A stretch of 34,553 nucleotides of DNA from Nemertoderma westbladi. Lineage: Eukaryota > Animalia > Xenacoelomorpha. Shown piece by piece: positions 1 to 10,399 of the stretch; position 1 is the stretch's first letter; each line of letters opens with the position of its first letter. The notes under the pieces were generated by a model. That model was not told where the DNA came from and did no database searches. It saw nothing but the letters and a program-made list of their open reading frames with translations. Position numbers and translations under genes: made by a program. The stretch is taken from positions 1 to 34,553 of the forward strand of contig JAUCBJ010003581.1 of NCBI GenBank assembly GCA_032718475.1. The letters are read 5' to 3'.

Positions 1-1164
1 CTGCTTACTACGAGAACAGTGATATTGTTGAACTTCCCGGCTATTAATTTTATCCAATGACGTCACCATATCGTCACCATATACAGTGAAAGGAGCTACT
101 AGAACTTATCTGGCTGCGATTTTGTACTAAAGTGATTATTTAGTGTAGGTTTGATGAGCATGGGTTTATTATAATGCGGTTACAAAAGCAGCTGCTCTTG
201 GCGTTAAGATTCTAACGACATTGTCCCCCTAATCCCATCCATTTCCTGTAACTACTGCTTAGTAGCAATAATAAAATAAAGTACTTTGTGGAGAATCTTC
301 TGATGTAATAGCTAACCTAACCTACGCATGTAATTATCTCGCTGTCCGGTGTGATTCCGAAGTCAGCACCCCGGAGAGATACATCCTGGCCGGTCAACAC
401 CATTGCGTGATCATACCAATGTTATATAGGCTGGTCCCGGAACTAATTTAACGAGACTTTCGTCACAATCTGGTCAACTGCCTCCATTCCTATTGCCTTG
501 GTAAAACAATAACCTACGGATAACTCGCTGATTAGTGCAACAACTGCCTTTATACGAATAATAATGTGATGACTCTTCTGTATAATCGGTTCGATGCCTT
601 CGTACATCAGAACTGTAAGCCATCATAACTGTTCAGTCCCCCAAGCTCTAGTAGACAGGTAATAAGAATTGCAGGTTTCATGAGAGGCGTACCCGTAGGA
701 CGGAAGGGCCGTTATGGCAATATTGGCAGAAATTTATCTAAATTACTTACTGTAGATGATGACCTATGATGATGTAGATATTTGATTTAAGCTTTGCTCC
801 TGATCAAAAACACAATCGAATGCGTGGACTGCCTACCTGGCACTTTAACCGGTACTACGGATCAATAGAAAAGGGGAGGGGGTTGGGGGGGGGGGGGGGG
901 GGGTGGGGTTGGTAAAGTTAGTTATAGAGGCTGTCAGAAACAAAATATGCTCATTTACAATGGTGACTTTTGTTGCAATCATGTGTAACATAATTGTATC
1001 CCAAATAATTAATGTCACTTTGAAGGGCTGCCCATTCCGAAGTCAATAATTAACCTCAGCAGAATTATAAACGGCACCGAATCACACAAACTACTCAGTT
1101 CTCGGAATAAGTGGCATTTTGTGAGATAAGCTTAACACACACAACCCTCATACAGCCTGCTTAC

Positions 1165-1275
1165 CTCGTACGTTTCTTGCGAAGCTTCCTTCTCAGCTTG
1201 GGTTATTGTCGGTGCAATGGTATCGTCTGTCCCTTTGCCGAGATCTTCACCAGATGACGTCAATGCCGATGGTAA
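1165..1275 (-). CDS. ANO8: Anoctamin (ANO8-like), last exon traced in window
   Basis: tttctatag acceptor, gtaag donor; 111 nt, phase 0-0. LPSALTSSGEDLGKGTDDTIAPTITQAEKEASQETYE, compared with ANO8 LTQAELESCMKKYE. Confidence 0.88.
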
Positions 1276-1299
1276 CTATAGAAACGAACAAATTGAAAG

Positions 1300-3956
1300 T
1301 TTTGTGTACCAAACAAATATAATTGATGGGTTATATAAAACAATTTGTGTACTAAACAAATATAACTAATGGGTTATATAAAACATTTTGTGTACCAAAC
1401 AAATATAACTGATGGGTTATATAAAACATTTTGTGTACCAAACAAATATAACTGATGGGTTATATAAAACATTTTGTGTACCAAACAAATATAACTGATG
1501 GGTTATATAAAATATTTTGTGTACCAAACAAATATAACTAATGGGTTATATAAAACATTTTGTGTACAAAACAAATATAACTGATGGGTTATATAAAACA
1601 TTTTGTGTACTAAACAAATATAACTGATGGGTTATATAAAACATTTTGTGTACCAAACAAATATAACTGATGGGTTATATAAAACATTTTGTGTACCAAA
1701 CAAATATAACTGATGGGTTATATAAAACATTTTGTGTACCAAACAAATATAACTGATGGGTTATATAAAACATTTTGTGTACCAAACAAATATAACTGAT
1801 GGGTTATATAAAACATTTTGTGTACTAAACAAATATAACTGATGGGTTATATAAAACATTTTGTGTACCAAACAAATATACATCATGGGTTATATAAAAC
1901 ATTTTGTGTACCAAACAAATATAACTAATGGGTTATATAAAACATTTTGTGTACCAAACAAATATAACTGATGGGTTATATAAAACATTTTGTGTACTAA
2001 ACAAATATAACTGATGGGTTATATAAAACATTTTGTGTACCAAACAAATATAACTGATGGGTTATAAAACATTTTGTGTACCAAACAAATATAACTGATG
2101 GGTTATATAAAACATTTTGTGTACCAAACAAATATAACTGATGGGTTATAAAACATTTTGTGTACCAAACAAATATAACTGATGGGTTATATAAAACATT
2201 TTGTGTACCAAACAAATATACATCATGGGTTATATAAAACATTTTGTGTACCAAACAAATATAACTAATGGGTTATATAAAACATTTTGTGTACCAAACA
2301 AATATAACTGATGGGTTATATAAAACATTTTGTGTACTAAACAAATATAACTGATGGGTTATATAAAACATTTTGTGTACCAAACAAATATAACTGATGG
2401 GTTATAAAACATTTTGTGTACCAAACAAATATAACTGATGGGTTATATAAAACATTTTGTGTACCAAACAAATATAACTGATGGGTTATAAAACATTTTG
2501 TGTACCAAACAAATATAACTGATGGGTTATATAAAACATTTTGTGTACCAAACAAATATACATCATGGGTTATATAAAACATTTTGTGTACCAAACAAAT
2601 ATAACTAATGGGTTATATAAAACATTTTGTGTACCAAACAAATATAACTAATGGGTTATATAAAACATTTTGTGTACCAAACAAATATAACTGATGGGTT
2701 ATATAAAACATTTTGTGTACCAAACAAATATAACTGATGGGTTATATAAAACATTTTGTGTACCAAACGAATATAACTGGGTTATATAAAACATTTTGTG
2801 TACCAAACAAATATAACTGATGGTTTATATAAAACATTTTGTGTACCAAACAAATATAACTGATGGGTTATAAAACATTTTGTGTACCAAACAAATATAA
2901 CTGATGGGTTATATAAAACATTTTGTGTACCAAACAAATATAACTGATGGGTTATAAAACATTTTGTGTACCAAACAAATATAACTGATGGGTTATATAA
3001 AACATTTTGTGTACCAAACAAATATACATCATGGGTTATATAAAACATTTTGTGTACCAAACAAATATAACTAATGGGTTATATAAAACATTTTGTGTAC
3101 CAAACAAATATAACTAATGGGTTATATAAAACATTTTGTGTACCAAACAAATATAACTGATGGGTTATATAAAACATTTTGTGTACCAAACAAATATAAC
3201 TGATGGGTTATATAAAACATTTTGTGTACCAAACGAATATAACTGGGTTATATAAAACATTTTGTGTACCAAACAAATATAACTGATGGTTTATATAAAA
3301 CATTTTGTGTACCAAACGAATATAACTGGGTTATATAAAACATTTTGTGTACCAAACGAATATAACTGATGGGTTATATAAAATATTTTGTGTACCAAAC
3401 AAATATAACTGGGTTATATAAAACATTTTGTGTACCAAACAAATATAACTGATGGGTTATATAAAACATTTTGTGTACCAAACAAATATAACTGATGGGT
3501 TATATAAAATATTTTGTGTACCAAACAAATATAACTGATGGGTTATATAAAATATTTTGTGTACCAAACAAATATAACTAATGGGTTATATAAAACATTT
3601 TGTGTACCAAACGAATATAACTGGGTTATATAAAACATTTTGTGTACCAAACAAATATAACTGATGGGTTATATAAAACATTTTGTGTACCAAACAAATA
3701 TAACTGGGTTATATAAAATATTTTGTGTACCAAACAAATATAACTGATGGGTTATATAAAACATTTTGTGTACCAAAAGAATATAACTGGGTTATATAAA
3801 ACATTTTGTGTACCAAACGAATATAACTGGGTTATATAAAACATTTTGTGTATTAAACGATTATAACTGGGTTATATAAAACATTTTGTGTACCAAACGA
3901 ATATAACTGGGTTATACCATACATTTTGTGTACCAAACGAATATAACTGGGTTTTA
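1300..3956. repeat. 43-bp minisatellite, about 62 units, with 40- and 41-bp variants
   Basis: Unit TTTTGTGTACCAAACAAATATAACTGATGGGTTATATAAAACA read directly; fills nearly all of intron 1276-4012. Confidence 0.98.
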
Positions 3957-4012
3957 TCAAACGAATATATACCAACAAATAAACACATATAACAAACATT
4001 AGGTACAATTAC

Positions 4013-4173
4013 CTTTATGGAAGCAGCTGATGAGGCTTCAGTAGCTACTTGCTTGGCAACATCAGTAGCCCCGCTAGCTACATGTTTAGCGACTTCAGCG
4101 GCGTCACTGGCAATGTGTTTTAGATCTCTCTTGAGTATATTAACTCTGTGGCGCAGTCCCATAGGTAGTGGCT
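4013..4173 (-). CDS. ANO8: Anoctamin (ANO8-like) exon, variable cytoplasmic loop
   Basis: ttgtttcag acceptor, gtaatt donor; 161 nt, phase 1-0, which bridges the phases of the flanking exons. (E)PLPMGLRHRVNILKRDLKHIASDAAEVAKHVASGATDVAKQVATEASSAASIK. No homology support; called from splice signals, phase and the open frame. Confidence 0.8.
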
Positions 4174-4369
4174 CTGAAACAACCAAACCAATGATATTTA
4201 TATGATTTATAGAACATAAGACAACCATTATTTACGTAAGTAACGTAAGTTACACACATTCAGCATCGGCATCTAAAAGTTGATAGTCAGCAAATAATAA
4301 ATAACTGCCGGAAATTTCCTTTTTAAAGAGGGAGGATTTTATTTTTTTATTTCTCTAGTATCTCCATAC

Positions 4370-4666
<297 letters not shown>

Positions 4667-4907
4667 TTTGAATATACATAAATTCACCAGAATTCCACAG
4701 GTAATACAAATTAAATAATGTCTTCAGCATAATCGCACATATTGTAATAACATAAAATAAAAGAAATTGAAGAATTATTTCATATTAAAGGAATTTAGGA
4801 GTTTCTGTAATGAATATGATACGAATATGATTAGTTTTAGGACACGACGAGCTATTCGGTCTGAACATCGATCTTACATTCAATTCAATTGTGTTTATAC
4901 GTTTATT

Positions 4908-5003
4908 GAGGTCCACCTTGGTGTAGTGGTTGCAATGAATTCAAGGAGGTCGTGGGTTCAATCCCCGCATGGGCCAGGGCAGTTCTCGTTTAGGCACGAA
5001 TGC
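4908..5003 (+). mobile_element. tRNA-derived SINE head (3' truncated)
   Basis: A-box-like TGGTGTAGTGG (~4919) and B-box GGTTCAATCCC (4955-4965); homologous to 9254-9350 (shared CCACCTTGGTGTAGTGGTTGCA..GAATTCA and GGCACGAATGC). Confidence 0.75.
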
Positions 5004-5801
5004 GTGTTAACAGCAGGGTGTGCATTATGGCAGACAACGTCTGGACTGCGTGAATTGTCATTCCTTTTACTACAGCGGGGCTATGATTACGTTTTAAGTG
5101 GTTCAATTAACCAAAACAGATTGGAAGGTGAGTTTGGCTGTTTCCGTGGTATGACGGGCTCAAATCTCTCTCTTACTGTGAAAGACATTGAAGCGGCTTT
5201 TCGGGGACGGAGTTTGTTATTGTTGGTCGACTTAAATGAGATGCCCAAAGCCGTTACAGCAGCTGAACATTCAAAAACATGTGATTCATGCCGTTATCCA
5301 TTACCCGAGGAAACCCTTGCTATTGTTGAACGCCTTTCTGATATAGACTCTAAGACCACGGACTGTGAACGCTGGGCTGCCGCATATGTAGCGGGATATC
5401 TGTTACGTGTTGTACCAGAACTTGAAAACTCAGAAGATGTAGTGCAAGCGGACAGTACTTTTATTCGAAATCTGTCACGTGGTGGTTTACAACTGCCCTG
5501 CCAAGAGTTGGTGTGGTGGACATTGGCTTCAGCAACCTTCGTTGATCTAGTGCCCCATGGCACAATTCGCTGTCATAAGCAACTTGTTGTAATCATCGAT
5601 CTAATTGCCAGCTACTATGATATTTTCCCAAGACCGCCTATAGCCGCGTGTCGTGTTCTAGCTAACACGATTCTAAACGGCCTGCAGAAGAGAACCACGG
5701 ATTCACATCAAACTGAGAACAGACGTCATACTGCAGTACTGGGGCCCATACCGAACTGGCTCGAATTACGGGAACATAACATTTCTAGGACTATTTTATA
5801 G
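5004..5801 (+). mobile_element. P-element/THAP9-family transposase, C-terminal remnant
   Basis: YDYVLSGSINQNRLEGEFGCFRGMTGSN resembles the P-family sQD.lE..F..iR...G.n motif containing the catalytic Glu; AAYVAGYL and LSRGGLQLP are typical downstream motifs. The THAP domain and the catalytic Asp region are absent. Confidence 0.8.
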
Positions 5802-6590
5802 TAGGATAATTTCTGTACCTTTAGAGACTGTTATATTTCCATTTTTATCACATTTATACTTGTCCCACATATTACTTTTAAAATAAATATGTGAATTATA
5901 CAATAACAAAGAAATATACAATAACTTGTAGCCATAAGGCGATACGAAAGTAAAAAAGTGAGCTTTTTATACGTTGATTTACTCGGTTACCATAGCAACA
6001 AACTGTTATTTTGGTTGTCAATAATTCTGCAACTGCAAGCAAGCAAGTGGTGCATATTGTCCCGTATACTTGAAATATTGGTGGTAGACTCTGATCCCAT
6101 GACGTTACTACCACTATAAATGCATTCCACCATTAAAGCCCGTTGCTAAGGACATTGTCAATACTTCTAACTTTGAAGGTCGTTTTCACTTGATTGCTAT
6201 GGTATTTTCAAAAAACTAAATATGCCACTAATTCTTCATATCCAAAATACTAATCTTTCATAAATTTTAACTCGTCATATTTACTATAAGAGCTGTTGCT
6301 ATGGGAATTTTCTCCGTTGCTATGTTTAAGACCCCTAAAAAACGAGCGCAACCATTTGGTGAAGTCTACCCAAATTTTTTAAAATCCCATATCAGTACTA
6401 AACATCTATGTAGGGTATATATATAGTCATATATAAAATTCCTACGGGGTCATAGGTTGGAGCCCGAACTGACCGGTAGAAACAAGTTCACTACTACACC
6501 CTATCTACTACCCGCACACAACCAGCTAATAATGAGGTTGCATTAGATTATATACCATTGGTTTTTTTATTTTATTAGCATTAGTTTTTC

Positions 6591-7045
6591 TCAATCCTGG
6601 CTGGCGTACTGCAAGGTGACACATTAGCACCATTACTATTTGTAATTGTGCTGGATTACGCAATGAGGACGGCCACAAAGGGTGAAGATCTGGGATTCAC
6701 ACTTCAAGAACGCAGAAGTAGTAGATATCCGGCAACTACAGTCACAGACACCGACTTTGCGGATGACATCGCCCTGCTCCCTAATACGCTAGCAGATGCA
6801 CAGCTTCTACTAAATAAAGTGGAGAGGGCTGCTAAGGAGGATGGATTGCATATAAATGCTACAAAGACCGAATTCATGACCTTTAATGTTGATGGAAACT
6901 TGACAACCATTGATAATAATCAACTAAGGAAGGTTGATGACTTCCAGTACCTTGGATCATGGATAGAGAGTAGCAAAAAGGACATAGAAGTTAGGAAATC
7001 AAAGGCTTGGGCAGCTCTATCAAAAATGGATACCATCTGGAAAGT
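6591..7045 (+). mobile_element. Non-LTR retrotransposon (RTE-like LINE) reverse-transcriptase fragment
   Basis: Frame reads AGVLQGDTLAPLLFVIVLDY...DTDFADDIALL...GLHINATKTEFM...VDDFQYLGSWI; truncated at both ends. Confidence 0.9.
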
Positions 7046-7135
7046 AGTAGAATAGCAGAATAGGAAGTATAAGTAGTAGAATAGAAGAAGTAGAATAGAA
7101 AGTATAAAGGAGTAGTCATGATAGCTAATCATACA

Positions 7136-8300
7136 CAAACAAATTGTTTCAGAATATTGTGTATTTATTAAATAGAATAAATGGCCTGCAGTGAACAATA
7201 ATTCTTGCAATCTTTGAACGCCTATATCTCAGCTGTTTCTCAACGAAATTCAGACATTGTTACATATTTGGAATCCTTTCAACGCAAGCTTTCTATTGAT
7301 ATGAAAACTTAACTTAACTTAACTTGATCACTTTAGTCTTACGACTAAAGTGAAGAATGGCCACGATACGGAGGGTGCGATTTCGAAAAAGACACTTTTT
7401 TAAAATTTGATAAAGATTTGTAGAAAAATTGGGAGGGGGCGGGGGGGGGGGGGGTCCGTGTCATCAGAAAATGACACTATATTACTGGTCATGGTGTACA
7501 TTTGTCATCACTTATGCCCTATAACATTCTTAAATAATTGAAATTACATTGTGTTAAGAATTGTAATTACAGTACGACAGTAATCAGTGCACATAACACC
7601 GTTAGGCCTACAAGAACAAGAAAAGTGTGGCAGCCAGTCGCTAGGGGGCTACATTTGTAAACATTTAATGTCCTTCCATTTCTTTGCTTTTATTCCATTC
7701 AGGGTAACTTCTATTACTACCCTTCCCAGCAGCCATTTTATTCTATTTAATAGATACGCCATATTCTGGAACATTTTGTTAATGCGTTACTACGTAACAG
7801 TATGATTAAAGAGTACACAAATAGACAGTAAACAGTATGATTGTTGCCAAGCTACGTATGGGATAAACAATATGTTCCAGAATATGATGAATTTATTAAA
7901 TAGAATAACATTACCTTGCGGAGGTGCAATATCATGCGAAATTTGAACGCTCATACAGTAGCTGAGCTATTTCCCAACCAAATTCAAATGTTTTTACATA
8001 TTTGGAATCCACGCATGGCCAGTTTTCCACTAGTACAAACAAATCACTATGGTGAAGAATATCTGCGGTTTGATTGGTAAAATTTCGCCGGAGACACTTT
8101 TGAACAAGAATGAACGCGAAAATAAAAATTCTGGCTAGCCCAGCAAGGAGGAAGGAAGGTGAAACTATCTCTGTTTCAAATTTCATGCAATCTCATAAAG
8201 ATTTGTAGAAACATTTGGGGGGGGGGGGGGGGGGGACTTGTACCAGAATAACGACACTATATTCCAGGACATGGTGTATTCTGGGACATGGTGTAGTTAT
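7136..8300. repeat. Two diverged direct copies (~7136-7500 and ~7865-8300) of an unclassified interspersed element, plus an inverted partial copy (~7732-7780)
   Basis: Shared blocks: ATTTATTAAATAGAATAA, TTTGAACGC, TTACATATTTGGAATCC, ATAAAGATTTGTAGAAA + poly-G, and GACACTATATT..CATGGTGTA. Confidence 0.7.
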
Positions 8301-8741
8301 GTACTGTACAGTATGCGACTTCCTAACCAATTTTTTTATGAATATGAGCGGCTTGTACTAAATTTCTGATAGTCAGTGTATTCTTATTGTAGCTAGTGTT
8401 TTAAAAATACTAATATTTTTGAAAGAAATCAAAAGTTTTTGTTAATTAATTAATTATTTACCATAACTACATTATTCTAGAACATTTTCATTCTAAAGCT
8501 ATTTTATTTCTTTTTTGTTGAGTCATGGCCTACTATATACAGTAGGCCTACTACGGCCAGCTAGGTCATTTGAAGAGGCTGAAAAAAGAGGCCAGTTTAT
8601 TTTTATAATATTATGATGTTTTGATATGGGGAGAGTTCTATAAATTTTCATTTGCTGCAATTTGGTCAATGGACGTAATTTAAGTCTCCTCGTTAAGCAA
8701 GATACTAAATTTTGTGGTAGATAGTGTTTTCGGTAGGTTTA

Positions 8742-9250
8742 GCTAGTAATTTCAACACTGGTTCCGACATCCTACTTTCTTTTATAAATATTTTGTAGTA
8801 GCTAGATTTTAGTACTATTTGTATAGAAAATGTTCCACAACATGTTAGCTATTCATTTAAAAAAAATTATGTTCTAGAACAAAAATTGTTTTTGGACATT
8901 TTTTTGAAAAAAATACTGGATTTTATTTAAAACGCATGGAATCGTTCTAAAACGTGTTTAAAATGAAACGCTTTTCTGCGTTTAAAATCAATAAAAAAAT
9001 TGTGAAAAAAAATATTGTGAATTTTTTTACATTTATTTTAAACACGTTTTTATAACGATTCTTAGTAATTTATAATTCTTTCAAAAAAAAGTTCTAGAAC
9101 AAAAAATATTTGTTCTAGAACATAATTTTTTTAATATGAATAGCTAACATGTTGTGGAACGTTTTCTATACAAATAGTATTAAAAACTAGCTACTACAAA
9201 TTATTTATAGAAGAAAGTAGGATGTCGGAACCAGTGTTGAAATTACTAGC
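8742..9250. mobile_element. 509-bp foldback / MITE-like long inverted repeat
   Basis: The left arm GCTAGTAATTTCAACACTGGTTCCGACATCCTACTTTC... is the reverse complement of the right arm ...GAAAGTAGGATGTCGGAACCAGTGTTGAAATTACTAGC. Pairing is near-perfect for about 140 bp and looser further inward. Confidence 0.85.
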
Positions 9251-9253
9251 ACC

Positions 9254-9537
9254 GAGGTTCCACCTTGGTGTAGTGGTTGCATTGAATTCATATCTCCCGT
9301 AGGTCGTGGTCCTCACATGGGCAGGGCAGTTTTCTTTTCGGCACGAATGCTTTAAAGGGACCAGCCAGGGCGCATCTCTGCCTTGCATCCTTAGGTGGTA
9401 GCTAAATGAGTACTGGAGTTTCCTCTGGGGAGTAAAGTTCTGGAGGTACCGCATTGGAAATTCGTGAGACTTTGTGCGTAATCTCTGGCCAAACTGCCGA
9501 AGAAAAGTTACTTTTTACTTTTCTTTACTTTATTACA
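9254..9537 (+). mobile_element. tRNA-derived SINE, near full length, B box deleted
   Basis: Head homologous to 4908-5003; central GCCTTGCATCCTTAGGTGGTAGCTAAATGAGTAC block; TTTAC-like simple-repeat tail. Confidence 0.75.
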
Positions 9538-10399
9538 AGTTTTGGCTATGATGTATCGAAAATGAAGAATGTTTATGGCCCATGTGAAGTCTACCAGACT
9601 TTCTGCTGTTAAATTTCACTTTGCAGTTCCATGTGAAGAATACCAGGTTTTCACTAAAAACCCAGATTACGGATGGGTATCCCCATCCCTGAAGGGCACC
9701 CACAATACGAAGATAAGTGGTTCTAGTGCCCCCCACCCCCCCCCCCCCCCCACACCCCACCACTTAATACAGAACTGTTGCTATGAAAGTAATGCTTAAC
9801 ACCATCTACTCTATTTCTATTATATAAGATACCGACTACGCTGTACGGCGGCATAAAAGAAATCATAACAAGGTTCCAGTCTAATCCATTTTGCATTTTG
9901 ATTAGGTTTTAAAAGTTGCAAAGTTGGAGCTATTCATCCACGCCTTATGTATTCCTGTGAGCTTGCAAACAACCTAAGTTAATGATGGAATCAAAGAAAA
10001 AGTAAACCTATTAACCTGAGAATAAATAGTGCATTGGCATTATAAATATTGGAATAACAAAGATTCAATTTACTGGGGAATCCCAAGTTAGATAAATAAT
10101 GAACATTATTGTGTTTGCGCTTGCGGCAACAATATTATATTTCAAGAAAATTTAATAACTTCATTAACTAAATCCCTTAAGGGGAGCAATGCCAGTACAA
10201 ATCCCTTAAGGATGGTTTGAACATTTTAAATGAAAATTTGTTGGACTGGAAATATCTTTCGTATATTCCCAGGAGACCTGGAAGTATTGGCAGCCCACAA
10301 CGACTCTTATAGGATTCGGGTTATTGTTAAAACAAATTGATTGACTATTCTCTTAAACTATTCGAAAAAATTAATACAATAATAAATACATCTTTTCGT

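Noticed and set aside
300-730. Relatively GC-richer stretch, possibly the next anoctamin exon or a TE
   Set aside because: I found no D..EM..QFGY-type motif or sustained open frame in the frames I read, so I cannot assign it.
1997-3060. Three near-identical 85-92 aa ORFs
   Set aside because: They are translations of the 43-bp minisatellite higher-order repeat.
4911-4980. tRNA gene
   Set aside because: A and B boxes are present, but the anticodon arm is short or absent, there is no convincing acceptor stem, and homology continues into a SINE body at 9254.
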